Positions 37,933 to 49,620 of a DNA stretch of 63,987 nucleotides are shown piece by piece. The DNA comes from Octopus bimaculoides (Eukaryota), in contig NC_068984.1 of the NCBI RefSeq assembly GCF_001194135.2, forward strand, positions 138,189,417 to 138,253,403, written 5' to 3'. The notes under the pieces were generated by a model. That model was not told the origin of the DNA and made no database searches. It saw nothing but the letters and a program-made list of their open reading frames with translations. A program made the translations under genes and the position numbers. How positions within the stretch are numbered: the first letter of the stretch is position 1; every line of letters begins with the position of its first letter.

Positions 37933-39356
37933 NNNNNNNNNNNNNNNNNNNNNNNNNNNNNNNNNNNNNNNNNNNNNNNNNNNNNNNNNNNNNNNNNNNN
38001 NNNNNNNNNNNNNNNNNNNNNNNNNNNNNNNNNNNNNNNNNNNNNNNNNNNNNNNNNNNNNNNNNNNNNNNNNNNNNNNNNNNNNNNNNNNNNNNNNNNN
38101 NNNNNNNNNNNNNNNNNNNNNNNNNNNNNNNNNNNNNNNNNNNNNNNNNNNNNNNNNNNNNNNNNNNNNNNNNNNNNNNNNNNNNNNNNNNNNNNNNNNN
38201 NNNNNNNNNNNNNNNNNNNNNNNNNNNNNNNNNNNNNNNNNNNNNNNNNNNNNNNNNNNNNNNNNNNNNNNNNNNNNNNNNNNNNNNNNNNNNNNNNNNN
38301 NNNNNNNNNNNNNNNNNNNNNNNNNNNNNNNNNNNNNNNNNNNNNNNNNNNNNNNNNNNNNNNNNNNNNNNNNNNNNNNNNNNNNNNNNNNNNNNNNNNN
38401 NNNNNNNNNNNNNNNNNNNNNNNNNNNNNNNNNNNNNNNNNNNNNNNNNNNNNNNNNNNNNNNNNNNNNNNNNNNNNNNNNNNNNNNNNNNNNNNNNNNN
38501 NNNNNNNNNNNNNNNNNNNNNNNNNNNNNNNNNNNNNNNNNNNNNNNNNNNNNNNCCCCCCCCCCGTTTCTCTTATTCCTCTCTCGTTCTTCGCACAGCT
38601 ATCTTCATAATATCATTAACAGCAATACCTCTTAAATGTTTTATTTTTCAGTCTCTGGAGCTTTTCTTTCTAATTTTTGTCGTTGTTGTTGCTGTTGTTG
38701 TATGTGTGTGCGTGCGTGTGTATGTCTCCCTTCACCTCGTAACCATCCTAGCCTCCCTCCCATCCACCCCGCCGCCAATCATTCACACTTCTTGATTAAA
38801 TGTTATTTCGTATGTTTGCCTAAATAAAACATTATGCGATGCAAGATGATAGCAACAATAAGGCAATTTCATTAACTTTCCTGACATCTAGAAGAGAGAG
38901 GTTCTCCGTTCTTCAATGAATCAGCGACAACGCGATACCTCTGAATACGAGGATAAACACACCAGGACTCTCTTCCCCACCAAACGACTCCCACCGGTAC
39001 ACTCACACCCCTTTATCACAATCACCATGCTATTCTATCCCTTTTCCTCATCCAGCTAACTCTCTCATCACTCTTTGATTTTTCTATCTACTTTCGCCCT
39101 CAATCTTCGTTTCTTTTTCTCTGCCTTTCGTTCGCAACCTTTACTTCGTTCGTTTTCGATATTGGTCTCTATGTCGGTGTTTGCTTGCATGAGACCTTAT
39201 GAATATGCATGAACCATTGGTGGTTGTATGTGTGCTTAACTACAGAAATATACGCAATTTGTCAATGCTCGTATTACATAAATACATCCATACACACAAG
39301 CATATATACGTACATACATACACCACACACACACACACTCATATATATACGTACAC

Positions 39357-39559
39357 ACAAGGGGATGCTGAAAAGTTCCCGGCTTTGGGTAAAAGAAAAT
39401 ACAGGAGGCTCAGTTAATTATGATTTTTATACGACATATTCTCGCAGATTCGCACACTTATTACAGAGGTCTTTCAGTTTTTTTCAACCTTGTAAAAGAA
39501 CTTGGAAGGTTGCGCCTCCAACCAGGCCTTTCGTCACACTTTTAAAGCCAGGAAATTTC

Positions 39560-39561
<2 letters not shown>
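39357..39561. mobile_element. mariner-derived MITE retaining the transposase C-terminus
   Basis: TIR ggggatgctgaaaagttcccggcttt paired with aaagccaggaaattt. Minus strand reads KAWLEAQPSKFFY / LKKLKDLCNKCANLREYVV*. Confidence 0.75.
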
Positions 39562-39596
<35 letters not shown>

Positions 39597-39650
39597 CACA
39601 CACCCATACACACGCACACGCACACACATACATACGCGTGTGTGTGTTTA

Positions 39651-39875
39651 TGGAGGCTCAGTAGTTTGAGTGTTGCACTCATAGTCGTAAGATTGTGGTT
39701 TCGATTCTTGGGCCGGGCGATGCATTGTGTCCTTGAGCGAAACACTTCGTTTCACGTTGCTCCAGTCCACTCAGCTGGAAGAAATTAGTAACCCTGCGAC
39801 GGACCGGTGTCTAGAGGGAATGAATACACCACAGAGAATTCGGGAAACCGAGTTATGAGTCTATAGCACGGGAAA
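39651..39875 (+). mobile_element. SINE with CORE-like head H2 and tail T2
   Basis: ggtttcgattc, gtgtccttgagcgaaacac...gttgctccagtccactcagctgg, ctgcgacggaccggtgtc. Confidence 0.8.
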
Positions 39876-39883
39876 TACCTCTG

Positions 39884-39922
<39 letters not shown>

Positions 39923-39931
39923 AATCCATCT

Positions 39932-41300
39932 ATCCGTTCGGTAATTCGTGTGAAGGGACATCATCGAGACCTTTCGACATTGAACGTTCGGTCCGTCAGA
40001 GATGCCCCCTCTCGTCGCTTCTATACGCATTGACTCTCGAGCCACTATTGCGGAAGCTGGTGACGCTGAGGGGCATCCCGTGAGAATGGGGATGCGGGAC
40101 GAGCGTGTCTGCATATGCGGATGATGTCACTGTCATAGTGTCTAGCTAGAAGCACATCTAGCTAGTCAGTGATACACTGAAAGACCACGAAGCCGTAACA
40201 GGAGCGAAAAATCAACCGGGAAAAATCAGTGGGATTGTGGCTCGGCACCTGGAGAAGCAAGCCCATGACGTCTACCAGCGCCTCCGTCGTGGGACGCTGG
40301 ACCGACGGTCCAGTCGAGTTACTCGGGGTCTGGTTGGGTCCGGACCTCCAAACGGAGAATAACTGGAACGAGATAACGAGTAGGGTGTTCACTCTCGCCT
40401 GGCAATGGGCCGAGAGGAAGCTGTCCCTAAAAGGTCGGGTGGAGGACGACCTTGAGCGACTGCAACATAACCAAAGCATTCTATAGGGGATTAGTTGAGG
40501 AGAGGAACGACGACGATCTCCGGGCGAACCTGGGCGTCGACGAGGAATACCTGACTCGCCTGTTCAAGGCTACTTTCGGGCCGGGACCTATGGACAACTT
40601 CCAGGATCCTTGGCCTGGCAGTGCTATCGAGAAGCGCTACCCATTCGGGATATGCTCTACAGGCATGGCTCGAGTAACACGGGGCCGACCTGCCCGAGAT
40701 GCGGTCAGAACGACGAAACCGTTCTGCACGCACTCGTACAGTGTCCAACCATTTCCGACCTGTGGCCCTATATCGAACGACTGCTGTCACGTGTGGGACG
40801 AGTCAGTTTATCAACCGAGTTTATCATGAATATTGTCGCGCCTCCTTCCTTGAAACGAGAAGGAAGAGCTATTTTCATCGTACTTGTGGCTATGGCGAAA
40901 GAATGTGTATGGTGGACGCGTCTGAAAGGTCTAGAGACAAACATTTTCTTCTCTGGTGAATCTCTCATCAACTTCTTCAAGTATCACCTGAAGAAGAAGG
41001 TGAGAGCAGAGAGGGAAGTTTTGTCTTGTGAATGTTTCAAAAAAAGATGGGTGAATGTAGCTAGGATGGCACGTGTGAATGACAGAGCCACATTGAGCAT
41101 AATCCTATGAACCAGGAAAAGAAAGGAAGAAAGAGAGTCACCTACTGTAATGGGTTTTTTGCATGACATTATTGCCTGAGGTTACCGTGGTCTTTTCCGT
41201 AGGTTTTCTTTCCACGGATAAACCTAATATGTTTTCCATTTTGCACTGACATTTCTGTGATACACGATCCCTATTGATCGACTTACCCGCTTTTTTTTTC
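39932..41300 (+). mobile_element. Tx1/L1-clade LINE, 5'-truncated and internally deleted
   Basis: RT motifs VRQRCPLSSLLYAL (about 39991) and YADD (40114-40125); LGVWLG...NW...W..RKLSLKGRV; zf-RVT CPRCGQNDETVLHALVQCP; stop at 41110. Stops and frameshifts present. Confidence 0.9.
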
Positions 41301-41916
41301 CACAATCCCTTTTGATCGAAATGCTTCCCCCCTTTTTCCCCTTTTTTTCAAGAAAACATGTGTGTGGTTAGACACACATGCGTATCTCTTAATGCACCTA
41401 TGTTTGAATAGATACTTGTGTATATGTGTGTATAAATGGATATGCCTATAAATTCATAAGCATATAAGCAGGTCCATGTAAACGCACACACACTAAACAA
41501 AACATCCATATTTGAAAATCACACACATGGTACATACATATACGTAAATATATGCAAATATATCTGTTAGTGAATGTACATAAAATTTGCTTTGCAAACT
41601 TGGCAAAAATGAATAACAGTTGAGGTTTTAGAAAATCTAATATTTCTCGGAGCTATCGTCATATCGAATAAACATATTTATAAGTCGAGTCTGACTGGTG
41701 AGTATTTAAAACATATTAGTAATCTATAAATAAAAACCGAACGACAAATCTTTTCCGTTCGTCGTTTATTTCATCACGTTTTCAGTAAGAGTAGCGTATA
41801 ACTAAAAAGAAAATCAGTTGATTCTGTCTAATTTATGCTTAATACTTCAGAGTTAATAAAATAACTGCTAGTTATATATTGGATTTAATCCAGTCAAGTA
41901 TACCTCGTCCCTCGGG

Positions 41917-41958
<42 letters not shown>

Positions 41959-42590
41959 NNNNNNNNNNNNNNNNNNNNNNNNNNNNNNNNNNNNNNNNNN
42001 NNNNNNNNNNNNNNNNNNNNNNNNNNNNNNNNNNNNNNNNNNNNNNNNNNNNNNNNNNNNNNNNNNNNNNNNNNNNNNNNNNNNNNNNNNNNNNNNNNNN
42101 NNNNNNNNNNNNNNNNNNNNNNNNNNNNNNNNNNNNNNNNNNNNNNNNNNNNNNNNNNNNNNNNNNNNNNNNNNNNNNNNNNNNNNNNNNNNNNNNNNNN
42201 NNNNNNNNNNNNNNNNNNNNNNNNNNNNNNNNNNNNNNNNNNNNNNNNNNNNNNNNNNNNNNNNNNNNNNNNNNNNNNNNNNNNNNNNNNNNNNNNNNNN
42301 NNNNNNNNNNNNNNNNNNNNNNNNNNNNNNNNNNNNNNNNNNNNNNNNNNNNNNNNNNNNNNNNNNNNNNNNNNNNNNNNNNNNNNNNNNNNNNNNNNNN
42401 NNNNNNNNNNNNNNNNNNNNNNNNNNNNNNNNNNNNNNNNNNNNNNNNNNNNNNNNNNNNNNNNNNNNNNNNNNNNNNNNNNNNNNNNNNNNNNNNNNNN
42501 NNNNNNNNNNNNNNNNNNNNNNNNNNNNNNNNNNNNNNNNNNNNNNNNNNNNNNNNNNNNNNNNNNNNNNNNNNNNNNNNNNNNNNNNNN

Positions 42591-42990
42591 TACTTCCTGT
42601 TTCTGTTGTGCCTGTAATTCAAAGGGTCAGCCTTGTCACACTGTGTCACGCTGAATATCCCCGAAAACTATGTTAAGGGTACACATGTCTGTGGAGTGCT
42701 CAGCCACTTGCACGTTAATTTCACGAGCTGCGTGTTGTGTTCTTGAGCAAGACACTTTATTTCGTGTTGCTCCAGGTCACTCGGCTGTAGAAATGAGTTG
42801 CGACGTCACTGGTGCCAAGCTGTATCGGCCCCTTTGCCTTTCCCTTGGATAACACTGGTTGCGTGGAGAGGGGAGGCCGGTATGCATGGACGACTGCTGG
42901 CCTTCCATAAACAACCTTACCCAGAATTTGCCTCGGAGGGTAACTTTCTAGGAGCAATCCCATGGCCATTCGTGACCGAAGGGAGTCTCC
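42591..42990 (+). mobile_element. Group A T1 tail joined at about 42728 to a CORE-like domain with a third tail (T3)
   Basis: ...cacgttaatttcacgagc|tgcgtgttgtgttcttgagcaagacac...gcgacgtcactggtgccaagctgtatcggcccc. Confidence 0.7.
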
Positions 42991-43334
42991 GAAAGAAATA
43001 TACACGCATCCATATATACATACACACATATATACATACATTCATACACACATACATATTAGCATATATCCATATTGTGAGTGTACAAGCGTGTGCTTAT
43101 ATCCTTATGTATGTATGCATGTATGTATGTATGTATGTATGAATGTATGTAGATGTGTGTGTGTGTGTATGTATGCGTGTGTGTGAGTGTGTTCTTAGGT
43201 TCAGTAATAAAAATAGTTTAGCATTAATCTGATGGGTTACTCTATACTTTGTTGGGTACAAATCTATCATTCTTCGGCTAATCTGGCTTAGCTGGCTGTA
43301 ACTTTGTTGTCACCGTGAATAATATTCTTCTTTA

Positions 43335-43435
43335 AGTGCCTGTGTGGTAAGAAGCTTACTTCCCAACCAGATAGTTCCGGGTTCAGTCGCACTACGTCGC
43401 ACCTTGGGCAAGTGTCTTCTACTATAGCCGAGGGC
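43335..43435 (+). mobile_element. Group C SINE 5' fragment
   Basis: tgtgtggtaagaagcttacttcccaacc...gcaccttgggcaagtgtcttctactatagcc. Confidence 0.8.
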
Positions 43436-43479
43436 CTTTGAATCCCAAGCTATTGCAATGTCCTGACTCTGGAAGGGAT

Positions 43480-43880
43480 ATACGGGATCTTCGGAAAAGC
43501 GTAGGGGCATCCTGTTCGGGGGTAGTATTACTCCTGATGCCCAAGTTTAGAACTAGCCTCTCCAGATATGTATATCACCGCATACGTCTCGCTTTTGCGC
43601 CAGACTACAATCGCAATTCTTTCAGTGTCTTTCGGTAGCTTAAACGTTTCTTTGATGCAAACTTCTCAGTATAACACCGCTGAACTGCCTTGTGTTCAGC
43701 TATCAAATCGTTGACGCTGTGGAAGAGTGACCATTGTTGAGAGCAGAAAAATAACAGATAGAATACAAAAGAGCATATGACAGGCATCACTTATCCGAAG
43801 CGTCAAAGGCGCTTCACTTGCAGCAGATCTCTTCGCTGCTGCAGATCAACTTGCCACAGATGGCTATTGCACAAGAAAAC
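43480..43880 (-). mobile_element. CR1-clade LINE 3' fragment
   Basis: FCSQQWSLFHSVNDLIAEHKAVQRCYTEKFASKKRLSYRKTLKELRL resembles CR1 YCS.VWSP...DI..LE.VQRR.TK...LSY.ERL..L.L. Confidence 0.6.
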
Positions 43881-43902
43881 TCAACGTCCACCTACGACGG
43901 AC

Positions 43903-43960
43903 AGAAGAAGAAGAAGAAGAAGAAGAAGAAGAAGAAGAAGAAGAAGAAGAAGAAGAAGAA
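43903..43960. repeat. (AAG)n microsatellite
   Basis: About 19 perfect units. Confidence 0.95.
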
Positions 43961-44204
43961 GGGAGACAGACAGACAAATAGATAGATACAAAAATATATA
44001 CGAGTATACATATACTGCATACACATATATTCAGTATTCATGTGTATTACAGAGGGTTATAAAAATATCTTGCTGGTATTTATGCGTGTGATCATTCCAA
44101 AAAGGAAATACAAAATGAACGACTACACACATTTGTGTGTGGCAGAGATCGGAATGAGCGGAAATAGAAATTATGCTATTTTTTTCTGCGTACAAAACTT
44201 TTTC

Positions 44205-44271
<67 letters not shown>

Positions 44272-44982
44272 CTGAGTGTGATTCAATGTTTGAGCGTATG
44301 ATACAAAGTGCTTCTATATGCGTGTGTGTTTCTGCGGGTCTGTGTACTTATATGGTTGTAAAGATTACTTCGCTAAGAAATGATTACTTCGTTTTCAGAA
44401 CAGCATTAGCTGTTCCTTACAAAAACAAACACTCCTTGAAAATTTAAAGGAGAATGCCTTTTTTTTTTTTTTTTTTACCTTCTTTGCCCGCTCTGTTTTG
44501 TTGTACTTTTTGTAATTTCTCTTCCTTCAATTTTTTCTTTTGTTTTCTTATAGATACACACACAGACACTCAGACAAACACACATACAGACGCACACACA
44601 CATGCACACACTCACACGTGTGTATATATATATATATATACATATATGTATGTGTGTGTGTTTGTTTATGTGTATATACGTACCAAGATGGCCGCACTCC
44701 AATAGTCCAGTCATTTAAGAGTGTGTGTGGGGAGTACTGAAGATTGTGTGTGTGTGTGTGTGTTTGTGTACATACACACAAATATATGTGTGTGAGATAA
44801 ATCTTTTCGTATGTTGTGTGTGGCTGTGTTTTTTTCTGTCTTGCTGTGCGCTTTATATACCTACCTTTATGCATACATACATACATACATGTATGTATGT
44901 GTGTATGTATGTATGTATGTATGTATGCATATATATATATATATATATATATATAATGCATGTATACATATGCATTTATATA

Positions 44983-45018
<36 letters not shown>

Positions 45019-45780
45019 CATTTGCATATATATATAAATGTATGTATACATATGCATATATAAATGTGTGTGTGTGCGCGTGCGCGTGTATGTATATACG
45101 CATCTATGTAGATTTACATCATATGGATATTTCTTAAGGGGAAGTAGGGAATAAGGAGAATTAAACGTCTATATTTCAGCGTTTAAATTGGAAAACACTG
45201 ATGGTGGTCCCTGTAAACATCCACATCTAAATGATAGTCGGTGGTTGCCTTTTTCACACACACACACACACATATATGTATGTGTGTATGTATCATAAGT
45301 TTGAATGCTTATGCGTAGAGACAAACATATTCTCTCACATACACACATGTACTCACACTCGCATTTATAAAAACACCCATCCACCGTCAATTCTTACAGA
45401 TACCCCTATTCAATTTTACATAATATACAAATACACGCCCACGCGTTTATGTAGGGTTGGTGATAAGGCGAGCGATATAAGTATAATGAATGAAATGCAG
45501 TGAAATACTTACAAACATACACATGCACGTGAACACTCATTCGTACATATATGCATGTGTATACATGCATGCATATATACATACACACACACAGACACAC
45601 ACACACATATATATATATTCAAAGAAAGAAGAAAAAGCGAACAAGAGAGAATGTTATTGTGCCAGTGTGTATATAAGGAAATCGTATGCTTATACATACA
45701 TATTTATATATTACACGCATGTGTATATAGGTATAGCTATGTTGTGTGTTGGTGTGTGTATATATATATATATATATACT

Positions 45781-45985
45781 CTTTTACTCTTTTACTTGTT
45801 TCAGTCTTTTGACTGCGGCCATGCTGGAGCACCGCCTTTAGTCGAAGAAATCGACCCCAGGACTTATTCTTTGGAAGCCTAGTACTTATTCTATCGGTCT
45901 CTTTTGCCGAACCACTAAGTTACGGGGACATAAACACACCAGCATCGGTTGTCAAGCGATGTTGGGGGGACAAACACAGACATAC
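45781..45985 (-). mobile_element. Group C SINE 3' half; its internal microsatellite leads into a 745-nt gap
   Basis: Near-consensus tttacttgtttcagtc...gccatgctggagcaccgccttta...ccgaaccactaagttacggggac. Confidence 0.9.
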
Positions 45986-47428
45986 AAACACACACACACA
46001 CATACACATATATATATACACATATNNNNNNNNNNNNNNNNNNNNNNNNNNNNNNNNNNNNNNNNNNNNNNNNNNNNNNNNNNNNNNNNNNNNNNNNNNN
46101 NNNNNNNNNNNNNNNNNNNNNNNNNNNNNNNNNNNNNNNNNNNNNNNNNNNNNNNNNNNNNNNNNNNNNNNNNNNNNNNNNNNNNNNNNNNNNNNNNNNN
46201 NNNNNNNNNNNNNNNNNNNNNNNNNNNNNNNNNNNNNNNNNNNNNNNNNNNNNNNNNNNNNNNNNNNNNNNNNNNNNNNNNNNNNNNNNNNNNNNNNNNN
46301 NNNNNNNNNNNNNNNNNNNNNNNNNNNNNNNNNNNNNNNNNNNNNNNNNNNNNNNNNNNNNNNNNNNNNNNNNNNNNNNNNNNNNNNNNNNNNNNNNNNN
46401 NNNNNNNNNNNNNNNNNNNNNNNNNNNNNNNNNNNNNNNNNNNNNNNNNNNNNNNNNNNNNNNNNNNNNNNNNNNNNNNNNNNNNNNNNNNNNNNNNNNN
46501 NNNNNNNNNNNNNNNNNNNNNNNNNNNNNNNNNNNNNNNNNNNNNNNNNNNNNNNNNNNNNNNNNNNNNNNNNNNNNNNNNNNNNNNNNNNNNNNNNNNN
46601 NNNNNNNNNNNNNNNNNNNNNNNNNNNNNNNNNNNNNNNNNNNNNNNNNNNNNNNNNNNNNNNNNNNNNNNNNNNNNNNNNNNNNNNNNNNNNNNNNNNN
46701 NNNNNNNNNNNNNNNNNNNNNNNNNNNNNNNNNNNNNNNNNNNNNNNNNNNNNNNNNNNNNNNNNNNNNNATATATATACATTTATATATACACACACAA
46801 CATAGCTATACCTATATATTCATACATGTAAAATATAAATGTATATTGTATAAGCATAGGATTTCCTTATATACATCACTGGCGCAATAACATTCTCTCT
46901 TTTCCCCTTTGCTTCTCTTTCTTTTCCATTTAAAATATACATGTTTTGCAAACAACTTGCACATGCAAGTGCTACCAGTCGAGAACTCCGCACACCGGAA
47001 GCCAGCATGTGTATGGGTCATCATCGCTTGGGCCTACCTCTCGACGGCTCCATCGCGCACCGGTCCCCCTCACTGATATGAGGCTCCGCTTACTAGATCA
47101 AATGGCTATCAAATAAAGCTCAATATTCTTCAAGCCATCCCTCATCGTCTCTTTTTATGGCTGGCCTTTTCCACTGTAGTTTGGATATCGGTTATGGTGG
47201 TAGTTACTTTACGATGAGTTAGGCTTAAAAATAACAACAGTCGCCTCGCTCTGTGTCCAACAAATCATCTACATCCGTCTTCGATTGGAAAATGCTCCGC
47301 TTTCTACCCTACGTCTTCACATACACACACACACACACACANNNNNNNNNNNNNNNNNNNNNNNNNNNNNNNNNNNNNNNNNNGATAACATTAAAAAGAA
47401 CCCTGTACATATTGCATTTATACGCACA

Positions 47429-47470
<42 letters not shown>

Positions 47471-47740
47471 CAAGTATAAATACATACATACATACATAAA
47501 TATAAATAAATATATAAACGTATGTGTGTGTATGTGTGTGTGTGCGTGTGTGTGTGTACATATACTCTCTCACAGATACGCACACAAGCAAATATTTGTG
47601 CATTTAGACTTATACATTTATATAGATTCGTGCGCGTATATACTCATTTTCCGCCATACCTCTTCATAATGAGGCGCATGCCAGCGCATATTTTCTCAAA
47701 TACACATACACACACATATATATATATATACATATATACA

Positions 47741-47804
<64 letters not shown>

Positions 47805-49139
47805 NNNNNNNNNNNNNNNNNNNNNNNNNNNNNNNNNNNNNNNNNNNNNNNNNNNNNNNNNNNNNNNNNNNNNNNNNNNNNNNNNNNNNNNNNNNNNNNN
47901 NNNNNNNNNNNNNNNNNNNNNNNNNNNNNNNNNNNNNNNNNNNNNNNNNNNNNNNNNNNNNNNNNNNNNNNNNNNNNNNNNNNNNNNNNNNNNNNNNNNN
48001 NNNNNNNNNNNNNNNNNNNNNNNNNNNNNNNNNNNNNNNNNNNNNNNNNNNNNNNNNNNNNNNNNNNNNNNNNNNNNNNNNNNNNNNNNNNNNNNNNNNN
48101 NNNNNNNNNNNNNNNNNNNNNNNNNNNNNNNNNNNNNNNNNNNNNNNNNNNNNNNNNNNNNNNNNNNNNNNNNNNNNNNNNNNNNNNNNNNNNNNNNNNN
48201 NNNNNNNNNNNNNNNNNNNNNNNNNNNNNNNNNNNNNNNNNNNNNNNNNNNNNNNNNNNNNNNNNNNNNNNNNNNNNNNNNNNNNNNNNNNNNNNNNNNN
48301 NNNNNNNNNNNNNNNNNNNNNNNNNNNNNNNNNNNNNNNNNNNNNNNNNNNNNNNNNNNNNNNNNNNNNNNNNNNNNNNNNNNNNNNNNNNNNNNNNNNN
48401 NNNNNNNNNNNNNNNNNNNNNNNNNNNNNNNNNNNNNNNNNNNNNNNNNNNNNNNNNNNNNNNNNNNNNNNNNNNNNNNNNNNNNNNNNNNNNNNNNNNN
48501 NNNNNNNNNNNNNNNNNNNNNNNNNNNNNNNNNNNNNNNNNNNNNNNNNNNNNNNNNNNNNNNNNNNNNNNNNNNNNNNNNNNNNNNNNNNNNNNNNNNN
48601 NNNNNNNNNNNNNNNNNNNNNNNNNNNNNNNNNNACACATATACATTCACATATATATGTACTTATGTTTATATATATATATGCATATACATACATAGAT
48701 ACATACCCATACGCTCAGTGCAGATGTTATTAACGTATGTGGTCTAAGAACCCATTGTTCGTTGTAGAAGTCTCCTTAGTGCCCACAGAGAATAACAAGA
48801 TGTCATGTAATAGACACGATTAACTATTTCAAATGAAACAAATAAAAAGAGATCTTGACAGGGGAATTTTTCTATAAGCTACTTAAGTTAATTATGGTTA
48901 TCTCGTATTAGTTTTTATTCTTTTTCTGTACAATGTTCTTAAAAGAAAAAAAAAACAAAGTATATTAGTTCTGTTTTTTTTTTATCGATAATTCATCAAA
49001 TCAGTGTTCTTTATTTACTCAATTACATTTTACTTAACTTTCTGTAAGGAGAAACTTTTTAACGAAAATATAAGTAGATAAAATAGACGTTTAGAAATAT
49101 ATAGATAAAAAAAGAGAAGTGGAGGTTGAGGTAAAAGAA

Positions 49140-49620
49140 GTGGGGGAATAACAACAATAATAACAACGGTGATAACGATGACGATGATGATGGGGATGAT
49201 GGTGTTGATGGTGATGTAATATTTGCAACAACGATAATAATCGGAGTAAGAAGAAGAGGAGGAGGAAGAGTGAGAAGGAGTAAGAGAAGACGGAAAGGGA
49301 GGATACAGAAGATAATGACGAAGATAATGATGATGATGATGAGGAGGAGGAGGAGGAGGAGAGTGATGTTAATAATAGTTACAACAAAACAAAGATAATA
49401 GTAACGATAAGAAGGAGGAGAGAAGGAGAAATGGGACAAGAAAAAGGGAGAAAAAAGATGCTGATGAAGATAATGACGACGATGCTGATTATGATGATAA
49501 TGATGTTCACAACTATAATGACGATGACGATGATGATGATGATGATGATGATAGTGATGATGAAAACGACGACGATGACGATGTTGATGGCTACGACGAT
49601 AATGATGATGATGAAATAAA
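49140..49620. repeat. Degenerate GAT/GAG/AAG low-complexity tract
   Basis: Read directly. Confidence 0.9.

Noticed and set aside
40610-41110. 166-aa zinc-finger ORF as a host gene
   Set aside because: It is the zf-RVT end of a LINE ORF2, with upstream RT motifs broken by stops.
47035-47060. Possible start exon ATG GAG CCG TCG AGA G|GTAGGC on the minus strand
   Set aside because: The donor is weak and phase 1, which does not match exon D's best acceptor.
34804-48733. Long ORFs of 230-400 aa in the track
   Set aside because: They are open only because they cross N-gaps and TA/CA repeats (X runs, YIYI, CVCV, HTHT).
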